The notes under the pieces were generated by a model. That model was not told the DNA's origin. It ran no database searches and saw nothing but the letters and a program-made list of their open reading frames with translations. Shown here one piece after another: positions 47,766-57,985 of a stretch of 64,000 nucleotides of DNA. A program made the position numbers and the translations under genes. The DNA lies in the NCBI GenBank assembly GCA_039586795.1, contig JBDHJS010000009.1, forward strand, positions 37,349 through 101,348. The letters run 5' to 3'. Within the stretch, counting starts at the first letter, position 1, and each line of letters opens with the position of its first letter. This DNA comes from Gemmatimonadota bacterium. GTDB taxonomy: Bacteria; Gemmatimonadota; Gemmatimonadetes; Palauibacterales; KS3-K002.

Positions 47766-49700
47766 TCAGCCTTCCTTCTCCTCGTCTACGATCTCGTAGT
47801 CGGCTTCGACTACCTCTGGCTCGGCTTCCTCGGCCTCCGGGCCGGCGCCCTCCGCGCCTGGTTCGCCTGACGCGCTGGCTGCGCCCGCCTGCGCCTCGTA
47901 GAGCTTCTGGCCCGCCGCAGCGAATGCCTGCATCAGCTCATCGTGAGCCTTGTTCAGCTCGGGCAGGTCCTGGCTTTCCTTGAGCGACTTCTTGGCCGCC
48001 TCGAGGGCGTCGTCCAGGCGCGTCTTGTTTTCTTCGTCCAGCTTGTCGCCCCATTCGGCCGCGTCCTTCTCGACCCGGTAAACCAGGGTGTCCAGCTTGT
48101 TGCGGAGTTCGATGAGCTCCCGCGCCGCGTGGTCCTCCTTGGCGTGCTCCTCCGCGTCCTTGACCATCTTGTCGATCTCGTCATCCGCCAGGCCAGACGT
48201 TGCCTCGATGCGGATCGTCTGCTCCTTGGCCGTCGCTCGATCTTTCGCCGATACGTGGAGAATACCGTTCGCGTCGATATCGAAGGTGACCTCGATCTGC
48301 GGTACACCGCGCGGCGCCGGTGGTATTCCGGTCAATTGGAAGCGGCCGATCGTCTTGTTCTGGGCCGCCATCGGCCGCTCGCCCTGCAAGACGTGGATGT
48401 CGACCGTGGTCTGCGTGTCCTCGGCGGTGGAGAACACCTCCATCTTCTTCGTCGGGATCGTCGTGTTGCGCGCGATCAGCGTGGTGCTTACGCCGCCCAG
48501 CGTTTCGATCCCGAGGGACAGAGGCGTCACGTCCAACAGCAGAACCTCGCTCACCTCGCCGGCCAACACGCCAGCCTGGATCGCCGCACCGATACCCACG
48601 ACTTCGTCAGGGTTAACACCCTTGTGCGGATCCTTGCCGAAGAACTCCCGCACGATCTCCTGGACCTTCGGGATACGCGTCGAGCCACCGACCAGAATCA
48701 CTTCGTCGATGTTCTCTGGCTTCAGCTTCGCATCATCGAGCGCCTTCTCCATGGGCGGCATAGTCCGCTGAATCAAGTCCTCCACTAGCTGCTCGAACTT
48801 CGCTCGCGACAGCTTCGTGTTCAGATGCTTGGGTCCGGACTGGTCTGCCGTTACGAACGGCAAGTTGATGTCCGTCTCCATCGTCGAAGACAACTCGCAC
48901 TTCGCCTTTTCCGCCGCTTCCTTCAGCCTCTGCAACGCCATCGGGTCCTGCGACAGATCGATTCCTTGGTCCTTCTTAAACTCGTCGACCAGCCAGTTCA
49001 TGATCCGCTCGTCGAAGTCGTCGCCGCCAAGGTGCGTATCACCGTTCGTCGACTTCACCTCGAACACGCCTTCGCCGAGCTCGAGGATCGTAATGTCGTA
49101 CGTGCCGCCGCCAAGATCGAAGACCGCAATCGTCTCGTCCTTCTTCTTGTCCAGGCCGTAGGCCAGCGACGCCGCCGTCGGCTCGTTCAAGATCCGCATG
49201 ACCTCCAGACCGGCTATCTTGCCCGCATCCTTCGTGGCTTGCCGCTGTGAGTCGTTGAAGTAGGCCGGCGTCGTGATCACGGCCTTCGTCACCGGCTGAC
49301 CCAGGTAATCCTCTGCGGTCTGCTTCAGCTTCTGCAGCACCATCGCAGAAATCTCCGGCGGCGAGTACTTCGCATCGTCTATGTTCACAAAGGGACGATT
49401 GTTGGAGTCACATTCGACGTCGAACGGATACCTACCGATCTCCACCTTCAACTCGTCGCACGTGCACCCCATGAACCGCTTTATCGAATAGACCGTCTTC
49501 TCGGGATTGGTGATCGCCTGCCGCTTCGCTACCTGCCCGACAAGGCGTTCGCCGTCCTTGGTGAACGCCACTACCGACGGCGTGGTCCGCGACCCTTCCT
49601 GGTTGGGGATCACCACAGGATCGCCACCCTCCATCACCGCGACCACCGAGTTCGTCGTGCCGAGGTCTATCCCGATGACCTTTCCGTTGCCATTTGCCAT
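47766..49700 (-). CDS. dnaK: Hsp70 chaperone
   Basis: [38 protein letters not shown]; start MANGNGK. Confidence 0.98.
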   Translation of the reverse strand: MANGNGKVIGIDLGTTNSVVAVMEGGDPVVIPNQEGSRTTPSVVAFTKDGERLVGQVAKRQAITNPEKTVYSIKRFMGCTCDELKVEIGRYPFDVECDSNNRPFVNIDDAKYSPPEISAMVLQKLKQTAEDYLGQPVTKAVITTPAYFNDSQRQATKDAGKIAGLEVMRILNEPTAASLAYGLDKKKDETIAVFDLGGGTYDITILELGEGVFEVKSTNGDTHLGGDDFDERIMNWLVDEFKKDQGIDLSQDPMALQRLKEAAEKAKCELSSTMETDINLPFVTADQSGPKHLNTKLSRAKFEQLVEDLIQRTMPPMEKALDDAKLKPENIDEVILVGGSTRIPKVQEIVREFFGKDPHKGVNPDEVVGIGAAIQAGVLAGEVSEVLLLDVTPLSLGIETLGGVSTTLIARNTTIPTKKMEVFSTAEDTQTTVDIHVLQGERPMAAQNKTIGRFQLTGIPPAPRGVPQIEVTFDIDANGILHVSAKDRATAKEQTIRIEATSGLADDEIDKMVKDAEEHAKEDHAARELIELRNKLDTLVYRVEKDAAEWGDKLDEENKTRLDDALEAAKKSLKESQDLPELNKAHDELMQAFAAAGQKLYEAQAGAASASGEPGAEGAGPEAEEAEPEVVEADYEIVDEEKEG

Positions 49701-49952
49701 GAGCTGTTCTCGGTTGTTGAGATTGTAAGCGTCTGCCCTCCCGCCCCTCCATCTGCGGGGCGCGAGGCGCGCGTCATTCGCCAGATACCTCACGCGTGAG
49801 GTGCAACCCCCGTGCCACCCAGGGCTCAACAAAACAGGCGAAAAGCCCGACAATCTGGCGCGTTATAGCGCTTTCATGCCAAAGCGGCAGGGATTGGCGT
49901 TCGACGAACGCGGTTGACGGCTGGCGACCCGCCTCTCTAGGTTGGCGACACA

Positions 49953-50687
49953 ATGATTCCATTCAAAGACGAAAACCCCGCGGAGCTTAGGCCGTACATA
50001 ACCGTCGCGCTCATCCTCGCGAACGTAGCCGTCTGGGTGTTCGTCCAGGGGATGGGTGTGAATCTGCAAGCCTCGGTGTGCGAGTTCGGGCTGATCCCGG
50101 TGGAGGTGACCGGGAAGATGCCTCAGGGCCCGGAGGTTTGTCGGCTGGGCGGGCTGACGTGGGGAGCGGTCTTCACCTCCATGTTCATGCATGGTGGCTG
50201 GCTCCATCTGGTCAGCAACATGATGTTCCTCTGGGTATTCGGAAATAACGTCGAAGATTCGATGGGCCACGTGCGCTTCGTAATCTTCTACTTGCTTTGC
50301 GGGGTCTCGGCGACGCTGGCGCATATCGGGTTTCATCCTAGCTCGGCGCTCCCGACGGTAGGCGCATCAGGGGCGATCAGCGGAGTCCTGGGCGCGTACA
50401 TCGTGCTCTATCCACAGGTGCGGGTGCACGTCTTCTTCCCACCTTTCTGGATTCTGCCCATGCGCGCCTGGGTTGTATTGGGCTACTGGATAGCGATCCA
50501 GCTGTTCATGGGCCTGGCGGATATCGGAGGAGCGGTGGGCGGCGTGGCCGTATGGGCGCACATCGGCGGCTTCTTCGTCGGGTTGGCTTTGGTCAAGTTG
50601 TTTGAGCGTCGGCAGCTTGTGGAAGCGAAGCGGGAGGGGCGGCGCTTGGATCGGGATGAGATACGATCCAGGCATTATTGGTGGTAG
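49953..50687 (+). CDS. Rhomboid-family intramembrane serine protease
   Basis: MFMHGGWLHL..NM, GASGA catalytic Ser, AHIGG catalytic His. Confidence 0.93.
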   Translation: MIPFKDENPAELRPYITVALILANVAVWVFVQGMGVNLQASVCEFGLIPVEVTGKMPQGPEVCRLGGLTWGAVFTSMFMHGGWLHLVSNMMFLWVFGNNVEDSMGHVRFVIFYLLCGVSATLAHIGFHPSSALPTVGASGAISGVLGAYIVLYPQVRVHVFFPPFWILPMRAWVVLGYWIAIQLFMGLADIGGAVGGVAVWAHIGGFFVGLALVKLFERRQLVEAKREGRRLDRDEIRSRHYWW

Positions 50688-50689
50688 TT

Positions 50690-50936
50690 AGACGTTCGAC
50701 GTTCGACGCTCGTCTTCCGACGTTCGAGACTATCTCGACAGCCGACAGCGGACAGCCGCCGCTCGACGCCCCAATCCTATTCGCCGATCGACTTCCGACT
50801 CCCGACTCACGTCCAGCGACGACGGACGTAGTGGGTCGGGCGTCGGCCGTCGGTCGCCGAGATCAAGCCGGCAGCCGGGCGGCGGCTGTCCGCTGTCGGC
50901 TGTCGACTCTGAACGTCGAACGTTCAACGCCGAACG
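50690..50936. repeat. About 250-nt rod-like palindrome of 7-nt units between convergent genes
   Basis: 28-bp perfect arms 50735-50762/50879-50906, outer CGTTCGA heptads, inner CCGACTC heptads. Confidence 0.9.
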
Positions 50937-51721
50937 TTGGCCCAATGGTTTAGTGGTCCGTGTCCGGCGCCGAGGCCGGGAGCGGTTTCGATCGCCTGGC
51001 GGGTGAAGCGGCGGGCGTCATCCACGGCTTCGAGGCGTGGCTTGCCGAGAGCCAGTCCGGCGCAGATCGCCGCCGATAGCGTGCAACCGGTTCCGTGGGT
51101 GTGACGGGTATCGAGGCGCGTGTCGCGCCACTCCTGCCAGTTCTCTCCGTCGAAGTAGATGTCGATCAGGTCGGTGCCGGCCAGGTGGCCGCCTTTCAGC
51201 AACACCGACGTGGCGCCCTTCTGAACGAGCGCTTCCGCGGCGGCTCGCATGTCGTCCGCCGTTTCTACGGGGCGCCCGGTGAGGATTGCGGCCTCCGGAA
51301 GGTTGGGGGTGATCACTTCGGCCAGCGGCAGAAAGAGTGACGACAGTTGGGCTACAGCCGCGTCCTCGAGGAGCGGGTCGCCGCTCTTGGCGACCATCAC
51401 CGGGTCGATGACCAGCCGTTCGAGGCCCGTCGTTCGCACCGCGTCGGCCACCGCCTCGATGATGGCAGCGTCGGCCAGCATCCCGGTCTTAGCCGCGGCC
51501 GGATGAAGGTCCTCGGCAACCGCTCTTATCTGCGCGGCGACGACATCCGGGGCGATCTTCTGTATCGCTGAGACGCCCACCGTGTTCTGAGCCGTGATGG
51601 CCGTGATGGCCGAGGTGCCGTAGACGCCGAAAGCATGGAACGTCTTGAGGTCGGCTTGAATACCGGCGCCGCCTCCACTGTCGCTGCCGGCGATCGTCAG
51701 GGCCACTGGGCGGCCTGCCAT
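50924..51721 (-). CDS. thiD: Hydroxymethylpyrimidine/phosphomethylpyrimidine kinase
   Basis: IAGSDSGGGAGIQADLKT, TAQNT, KTGML, DPVM, TPNLPEA, HGTGCT. Confidence 0.97.
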   Translation of the reverse strand: MAGRPVALTIAGSDSGGGAGIQADLKTFHAFGVYGTSAITAITAQNTVGVSAIQKIAPDVVAAQIRAVAEDLHPAAAKTGMLADAAIIEAVADAVRTTGLERLVIDPVMVAKSGDPLLEDAAVAQLSSLFLPLAEVITPNLPEAAILTGRPVETADDMRAAAEALVQKGATSVLLKGGHLAGTDLIDIYFDGENWQEWRDTRLDTRHTHGTGCTLSAAICAGLALGKPRLEAVDDARRFTRQAIETAPGLGAGHGPLNHWANVRR

Positions 51722-51818
51722 TTCGTTCCCTTTCTTCGTGTGTCGCTTGAGCGCACATTTGGGCCGGTTCGCAGCCCAACCCGGATTACGCTACGAACGA
51801 GCTCAATCGAGCCTAAAT

Positions 51819-53318
51819 ATGACGATCGATCAGCCGAAGCTGAACAGCCGAACCAGCTCACGCAAGCACATGGCGATTGCCTTCCTCGTCGTCACTGCTA
51901 TCGGAGTATTCTACACCCTGACGTTTCGGGAGGGGCACGATTGGGGTGGCGACTTCGCCCTCTACCTGCAGCACGCGAGTAACATCGCTGAGGGGCGTCC
52001 GTACGCCGAGACACCCTATGTCGCCGACTACAGCATACCGATCTCCGTTGGCCCGCCCAGCTATCCCCCACTGCTTCCCCTGGCGCTCGCTCCCACGTTC
52101 GCTTTGCAGGGCGGCCTCGACTGGACGTTGGTGAAATCGGTAGGTGTGGTCTTCTTCTGTCTCAGTTTGTTCGCGGTCTACGCGTTCGTGCGCCGACGGC
52201 TCGGGCACCGTCGTGCGCTGCTTGTCGTTCTGTTGCTGGCGCTCAGTCCGTACTTCTGGGGGCTCAAGGATCAGGTCTTGTCGGATGTTCCCTTCACCTT
52301 CTTCGTCTACCTGACATTCATCCTGGCGGAAGTCGCATTTCAGGAGCGGGACCCGAATCGCCGGATCGTGATGACTCTGGCGATGGGTCTTTCGGTCTAT
52401 CTGGCCATGGCGACGCGGGCGCTGGGTGTCACGCTGATTCCCACGCTCTTGATCTACGAAGCGCTTCGCGTCAGGAAGATCCCGATCCAGTCCGTCGCGG
52501 CTACGGTGGTCGTGCTCGCCCTTCGATTCGCGCAGGGTTTGGCGTTGGGGTCAACCGGTGGCTACCTGCAGTCCTGGCGCCTGGACTTGTTTGGCCTGGC
52601 TCACGGGATCGTCGGCTACCCGTTCGAGTTACGGGCCCTGTTTTGGAACGGGTACGTGAACGGAGTAGCCGTGGCGATCATGTTGATCGTGATGGGGTTG
52701 GCGATCTATGGATACGTGACTTCGATCAAGCGTGGGATAACGGTTCCGGAGATATTCGCGGTAGTCTATATGGCGCCGGTGGTCATATGGCCCATGCGGC
52801 CGAATGTCCGATTTATGATCCCGCTTGCACCTCTTTATTTTTACTACGCGCTCATCGGGCTGGACCGTCTACGCTCCCGGCTGTCGCAACGCGCAGCAGT
52901 CAGGCTCTCGCTCGCCCTTGCTATGCTTATCGTCGGCTCCTACGTAAGCGGCTACACGCGCGTCGAGCGTAGTCACATCAGCAATGGTATCGCCCATCCC
53001 GATGCCGTGGCGTTGTTCGAGCACGTCCGCGCTCGCGCGGACCGCGACAGACTCTATTTGTTCTTCAAGCCGCGGGTACTCTCTTTCTTCACGGGCGCCC
53101 GATCGGCTGTCGATTATTACCCTGACGAGAGCGCTGACCTGTGGAGTTACTACGAGCGCATCGGCGCCACGCACCTGATCAAGCGGCAGGGAAATCGACA
53201 AGCGGGCGACCTTATAGCGGCTCATCCCGGTTCCTTCGTATTAGAGTTCGAAAACCCGGATTTTAGAGTCTATCGGATCGAACGACCGGCAACGTTATCG
53301 GTCAGAGGGCAAGATTGA
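51819..53318 (+). CDS. Multi-TM GT-C-fold glycosyltransferase (ArnT/PMT_2-like)
   Basis: HDWGGDFALY after TM1, YPPLLP, LSDVPF, ATRALG, RFMIP. Confidence 0.72.
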   Translation: MTIDQPKLNSRTSSRKHMAIAFLVVTAIGVFYTLTFREGHDWGGDFALYLQHASNIAEGRPYAETPYVADYSIPISVGPPSYPPLLPLALAPTFALQGGLDWTLVKSVGVVFFCLSLFAVYAFVRRRLGHRRALLVVLLLALSPYFWGLKDQVLSDVPFTFFVYLTFILAEVAFQERDPNRRIVMTLAMGLSVYLAMATRALGVTLIPTLLIYEALRVRKIPIQSVAATVVVLALRFAQGLALGSTGGYLQSWRLDLFGLAHGIVGYPFELRALFWNGYVNGVAVAIMLIVMGLAIYGYVTSIKRGITVPEIFAVVYMAPVVIWPMRPNVRFMIPLAPLYFYYALIGLDRLRSRLSQRAAVRLSLALAMLIVGSYVSGYTRVERSHISNGIAHPDAVALFEHVRARADRDRLYLFFKPRVLSFFTGARSAVDYYPDESADLWSYYERIGATHLIKRQGNRQAGDLIAAHPGSFVLEFENPDFRVYRIERPATLSVRGQD

Positions 53319-54097
53319 TCACTCGCAATCAAGTCAAGCGGATCAATAGGCTGAAGACGCGAAAGCGGCGTGATGAGGGGGTCTTCCTGGTCGAAGGGGT
53401 CCGCCTGGTCGAGGAACTGCTGGATAGCGAGCTGCAGGTGGAGTTGGCCGTTGTCGCGCCCTCCCTGGTCCGTGTGGAGCGCGGTGCTCAATTGGCGAAA
53501 ACGATCCGTGATTCCGGAATGCAACTGGCTGAGGTGACGGACTCGGAGTTGTCCGAGCTGGCTGATACCGAGACGCCACAAGGCGTCCTGGCTATCGCGC
53601 GTGAGCCGAGCTGGGAGCTGGCGAACCTCCAGCCGGGTGACCGGACCGCCATGCTGGTCTATGATCGCCTGACCGATCCTGGCAACCTGGGTACTCTTAT
53701 GAGAACGGCCCACGCGTTGGGGGTGGATTGGTGCGTCGCGCTACCCGGCTCCGTCGATCCCTGGAGCCCGAAGGCGGTTCGTGCCTCTGCCGGCTCTGTC
53801 TTTCACGTTCCCGTCTCTCGCGAGCCGTGGCCGGAAGTCATGAACTGGCTTCGGGAGCGCGACTTCACCATCTTCTGCGCCGATCCCGGCGGTGAGCCGG
53901 TCACACGGGGCGTCGTGAGAGGTGAGGGGTTCGCTCTCGTGCTGGGGAACGAACCGTCGGGGCTCTCGGAGGAAGTCCGCAATGCATGCGACGCGCGAAT
54001 CGGAATTCACCTGTCGGGGAAGATGGATTCACTCAACGTGGCTACGGCCGGTGCGCTGCTCCTCGATCGATTGATCGGTGATCCGGACCGGTCTTGA
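53315..54097 (+). CDS. TrmH/SpoU-family RNA methyltransferase
   Basis: EGVRLV, TPQG, DPGNLGT..R, LGNE, SLNVA. Confidence 0.93.
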   Translation: MITRNQVKRINRLKTRKRRDEGVFLVEGVRLVEELLDSELQVELAVVAPSLVRVERGAQLAKTIRDSGMQLAEVTDSELSELADTETPQGVLAIAREPSWELANLQPGDRTAMLVYDRLTDPGNLGTLMRTAHALGVDWCVALPGSVDPWSPKAVRASAGSVFHVPVSREPWPEVMNWLRERDFTIFCADPGGEPVTRGVVRGEGFALVLGNEPSGLSEEVRNACDARIGIHLSGKMDSLNVATAGALLLDRLIGDPDRS

Positions 54098-54149
54098 TGT
54101 CCCGCGCACCGCGAGCACGTAGAACATGAACCGAACTGAATGGCACTGA

Positions 54150-54917
54150 ATGCCTGAACCGATCATCTTCACCTACCTGGCGGTCGTCGGGCTCTCCCTC
54201 GGATCGTTTCTCAACGTTTGCATTTTGCGGCTTCCCGCCGGTGGCTCGCTCTTGCGCCCCCGATCCACGTGCCCGTCATGCGACCACCGGCTTGCCTGGT
54301 TCGAGAACATCCCGGTATTCAGCTATCTGTTTCTGCTCGGACGGTGTCGAGCCTGTGGAGTCCGCATCTCGGTCATGTATCCGTTGGTCGAGCTGGCCAC
54401 GTCCGGAATCTGGGTGGGCTCCTACCTCTACTTCGGAGACATGTGGGGTACGCTCCACGCGGCGATCTTCGGCACACTGTTGTTCGGCATAGCCGTCACC
54501 GACGCCCGGGAATACATCATCCCGGACGAGTTTAGCGTCGGCGGCCTGATCGTCGGTCTCGCACTGTCCTTCGCGCCGGGCAGGCCGGAGCCGCTCTGGG
54601 CATTTGTTGGCGCGCTGATATCCTTTGCCGTGATGTACGCTGTTGCTGTCGTGGGTGAGTGGGTGTTCAAGAAGCCGGCGCTTGGCGGGGGCGATATCAA
54701 GATGATGGCGATGATCGGCGCCTTCCTGGGTCCGCTCTACGCGCTGCTTACGATCTTCGCGGGCTCGTTGATCGGGGCGGTGATCTTCGGCCCCATCAGC
54801 CTCAAGACCAAGAAGCTCGTCCCCTTCGGCGTCTTCCTCGCCGTCGGCGCTGCCGTCGTCTACATATGGGGAGCCGACATCGTAGCCTGGTACGTAGAAG
54901 AAATCCTGCGCCTTTAG
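54150..54917 (+). CDS. pilD: Prepilin peptidase / N-methyltransferase
   Basis: GSFLNVCI.RLP, CPSC, ENIPVFSY, GRCRAC, TD..EY.IPD, GGGDIK, PFGVFL. Confidence 0.96.
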   Translation: MPEPIIFTYLAVVGLSLGSFLNVCILRLPAGGSLLRPRSTCPSCDHRLAWFENIPVFSYLFLLGRCRACGVRISVMYPLVELATSGIWVGSYLYFGDMWGTLHAAIFGTLLFGIAVTDAREYIIPDEFSVGGLIVGLALSFAPGRPEPLWAFVGALISFAVMYAVAVVGEWVFKKPALGGGDIKMMAMIGAFLGPLYALLTIFAGSLIGAVIFGPISLKTKKLVPFGVFLAVGAAVVYIWGADIVAWYVEEILRL

Positions 54918-55006
54918 GAGCCCAAAGAACTCTCAGCCAGCGACGAAGACCGACGAGATTCGACCGTCGGACGTCGATCGCCGAATTGTCCTCGGCCGTC
55001 GAGCGC

Positions 55007-55030
55007 CGGCTGTCCGCTGTCGGCTGTCGA
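55007..55030. repeat. Copy of the heptad repeat arm found at 50883-50906
   Basis: Identical 24-mer CGGCTGTCCGCTGTCGGCTGTCGA. Confidence 0.85.
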
Positions 55031-55036
55031 AGTAGT

Positions 55037-56290
55037 CTACGACCCCGAAGGACTCCCCGGCACTCGCTTGAGCCGGGCTCGTAGGACCTGCGTGTCGGTC
55101 GCGTCCGTCACCTCGATCAATACACCTTCCTCGGTGATCTTTTCGCCCGGTTCGGGAACGCGGCCCAGCACGTCCAGCAGGTAGCCGTTCAACGAGCGGT
55201 GTTCCAGCTGGGGGAACGTCGTGTTGAAGAAATGATTGATCTCGCGTAGATCGGCGCTGCCGTCGACCAGGATCTCGCTGCGTCCCAGTCGGAGGATCGG
55301 CTCCTCCGCTACGTCGCTTTCATCGACGATCTCTCCCACCAGCTCCTCGAGGATGTCTTCCAGCGCCACCAGTCCATCGATCCCGCCGTACTCGTCGATC
55401 ACGATGCCCATATGGATGCGCCGCGCCTGGAAGTCGACCAGCAGCTTGTCCAGCGTGATCGTCCCCGGAACGAAGAACGGCTCCCGGGCGAGCGCCCGCA
55501 GCTTAACATCGCGCTGGCTGGAGATGAGCGCTTGAAAGGCGTCACGCGTGTACAACACGCCCGTGATCTTGTCTATGCTGCCGCTGTACAGCGGGATTCG
55601 GCTGTAGCGCACCATGCGAAGCTCCGGCGCTACGTCCGCCAGGGTGCGCTCCTCAGACCAGGCGACCACATCGACGCGCGGCGTCATAACGTCGTAGGCG
55701 GTCGTTTGGTCGAGCAGAAACGCCCGCTCGATCAGCCGGCGCTCGTGCTCCTCGATCAAGGGTTCGCCGTTTGCCGGGCCCACAATGTCCGCGATCTCCC
55801 GGTGAGAGATCCCCGGCATGATCTCGTCGACCTCTGGAGCGAACATTCGTGTGATCAAAGCCGCAGGCCAGGTGAACAACGAGAGCGGTTGGCTGAGTAG
55901 CCAGACCGGGACGGATGCGATGAGCGCTGTGCGTTCGCCTCCACGTTGGCCCAGCAGCTTGCCCATGAACTCGGCGAATACCACGACCATCACGGCTATC
56001 GCCACGGCGATGAGCGTCGGGACCAGAGAGTTGTCCGCCACCAGTGACGCAGCGCTCCAGGCGGCATAGGCGGCGAGCGCCGCGCCGGCGACGCGTACGA
56101 TCCACAATGACGCCAACATCCAGGTCGGGCGCGCGCGCACGCCCTTCAGGAAGAACCCCCCGCGCTTCCTCTCGGCTATGATTTCCAGGACGCGAGCGTA
56201 GGGGATGGAGAGCAGCAGCACCGCCTCGGCGGCTGACGCAGCGAGGACGAGCGCCGACGCGAGTCCGAGCAGCACCACCTTCGCGATCAT
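55037..56290 (-). CDS. CNNM/CorB (hemolysin-family) membrane protein with CBS pair and CorC domain
   Basis: N-terminal TMs, VMTPR, YSRIP, VIDEYGG, EDILEELVGEI.DE. Confidence 0.92.
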   Translation of the reverse strand: MIAKVVLLGLASALVLAASAAEAVLLLSIPYARVLEIIAERKRGGFFLKGVRARPTWMLASLWIVRVAGAALAAYAAWSAASLVADNSLVPTLIAVAIAVMVVVFAEFMGKLLGQRGGERTALIASVPVWLLSQPLSLFTWPAALITRMFAPEVDEIMPGISHREIADIVGPANGEPLIEEHERRLIERAFLLDQTTAYDVMTPRVDVVAWSEERTLADVAPELRMVRYSRIPLYSGSIDKITGVLYTRDAFQALISSQRDVKLRALAREPFFVPGTITLDKLLVDFQARRIHMGIVIDEYGGIDGLVALEDILEELVGEIVDESDVAEEPILRLGRSEILVDGSADLREINHFFNTTFPQLEHRSLNGYLLDVLGRVPEPGEKITEEGVLIEVTDATDTQVLRARLKRVPGSPSGS

Positions 56291-56382
56291 CGACGGTCCC
56301 TCAGCACCCGCGGCTGCTGTGCGCGGCAGCAAATGGGGTTTCTACTTGGAGGCTCTTCCGCGGGGCTGCTAACGCTCATCGT

Positions 56383-57420
56383 CTACATCCAGTCCTGGCT
56401 GAGGTCTAACAGTTGCCTGAGGACGTCTTCTGGCGTCTGGCCGTCGGCCTCCGCCTCGAAATTCGTTACCACCCGATGACGGAGCACGGGCAACGCCACG
56501 GCGCGCACGTCTTCGTAGTCCGGCATCGGACGCCCATCCAGGGCCGCGCGGGCTTTGGTGGCGAGAACAAGATGCTGCGTCCCGCGGGGACCCACGCCCC
56601 AACTCACCCACCGTCGGATGAAGTCCGGCGCCTCCTCCGCCTCCGGCCGACTCGCGCGGCAGATTCTCACCGCCAGCTTGATCAGGCTCGGCGGGACCGG
56701 CACGCGCCGCACCAATCCCTGAAACTCCTCGATCTCTGCCGCCGACATCACCGGCTGCACTTCCTCCATCTGGTCCGTCGTGGTTCGACTGGCGACCTCT
56801 TCCTCCTCCGCCTTCGTCGGGTACGTGATCCGCGCCTCGAGCATGAAACGATCGAGCTGCGCCTCCGGCAGTGGATACGTCCCTTCCTGCTCGATGGGGT
56901 TCTGCGTCGCCAGCACGAAGAACGGACGCTCCAACTTGTACGTCTCCCCGCCTGCCGTGACCTCCATCTCCTGCATCGCTTGCAGCAGCGCCGCCTGCGT
57001 CTTCGGCGGTGTTCGGTTGATCTCGTCTGCCAGCACGACGTTGGCGAAGATCGGTCCGGGCACGAACCGGAACGCACGCTTACCGGTGCTGACGTTCTCT
57101 TCGATAATCTCCGTGCCCGTGATGTCGGATGGCATCAAGTCCGGAGTGAACTGTATCCGGCTGAATTCGAGCTGCAGCGAGCGCGCCAGACTTGACACGA
57201 GTAGCGTCTTCGCCAGCCCCGGTACGCCGACCAACAGGGCGTGGCCGCCGGCAAGAATCGAGACCAACAGCACTTCGATCACCTGGCTCTGGCCAACGAC
57301 CTGCTTCGCCAGCTCCTGCTCCACTCGAGCGCGGGCCGCCGCCAGCTGCTCCAGCAGCTCGACGTCGCGGTCTCCCGCAACCGCTCCCGCACCGGGATGA
57401 CCCGTCGGCTCCGCCATCAC
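56383..57420 (-). CDS. MoxR-family AAA+ ATPase
   Basis: GVPGLAKT, RIQFTPDLMPSD, DEINR, ATQNPIEQEGTYPLPEAQLDRF. Confidence 0.95.
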   Translation of the reverse strand: MMAEPTGHPGAGAVAGDRDVELLEQLAAARARVEQELAKQVVGQSQVIEVLLVSILAGGHALLVGVPGLAKTLLVSSLARSLQLEFSRIQFTPDLMPSDITGTEIIEENVSTGKRAFRFVPGPIFANVVLADEINRTPPKTQAALLQAMQEMEVTAGGETYKLERPFFVLATQNPIEQEGTYPLPEAQLDRFMLEARITYPTKAEEEEVASRTTTDQMEEVQPVMSAAEIEEFQGLVRRVPVPPSLIKLAVRICRASRPEAEEAPDFIRRWVSWGVGPRGTQHLVLATKARAALDGRPMPDYEDVRAVALPVLRHRVVTNFEAEADGQTPEDVLRQLLDLSQDWM

Positions 57421-57588
57421 GAGAGTCTGTCCGGAGAAAGGGCCGCTCCGGGGTATGATTTAGTAAGTGAGATCACAGCTGTCTGTCACGCGGTAGGCAG
57501 TGAGATTGGTGCTGCGGCGGGCGCCGAGTCGGCTCGAAACGGCGCTCCACAGCGCGATTGAACGGGGTCTGTCAACGTCCACAAAAAC

Positions 57589-57618
57589 AAGGTAGACAGG
57601 GGGAAAAAGGGACGTCAA
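57589..57618 (-). promoter_or_regulatory. Possible sigma70 promoter for moxR
   Basis: Minus strand TTGACG-N18-TACCTT. Confidence 0.35.
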
Positions 57619-57697
57619 GGGCGGCTTGATATCTTTGTTGGCGGGTGATATCTTCCGGCGGCCCGAACGGCCAAAATCCCAACCAGACGAGGTAAAA

Positions 57698-57985
57698 GTG
57701 CGGCATCTGCCCGAAGAAGAGCGGCGCCGGGTCGGAGCCTACTACGAGCTGGGATTCGCGTTTGCTGGTGCGATAGCGCTGTTCGGCGTGGTCGGCTGGT
57801 TTCTCGATGGGAAGCTCGAGACGACCCCGATCTTGACGGTGGTTGGCCTCGCCTTCGGGGCGGTCGCCGGGTTTTACTTCTTGATTAGCCGTGCATTCGA
57901 GATTCAAAAGCGGCGCGGCGGAGACGACAAGAGCGAAAACGGGAGTTCGAAGCCATCAACGAAGGCTCCGGACGTGAAGGATTGA
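57698..57985 (+). CDS. AtpZ/AtpI-family small membrane protein
   Basis: GWFLDGKLETTP motif, two TMs, first gene of the atp operon; GTG start after GAGGT. Confidence 0.8.
   Translation: MRHLPEEERRRVGAYYELGFAFAGAIALFGVVGWFLDGKLETTPILTVVGLAFGAVAGFYFLISRAFEIQKRRGGDDKSENGSSKPSTKAPDVKD

Noticed and set aside
49868..49882. Sigma54-like TGGCATGAAAGCGCT upstream of dnaK (minus strand)
   Set aside because: GG-to-GC spacing is one base short of the strict requirement
50690..50936. CRISPR array
   Set aside because: Repeats are 7-nt, contiguous and inverted, with no spacers and no cas genes
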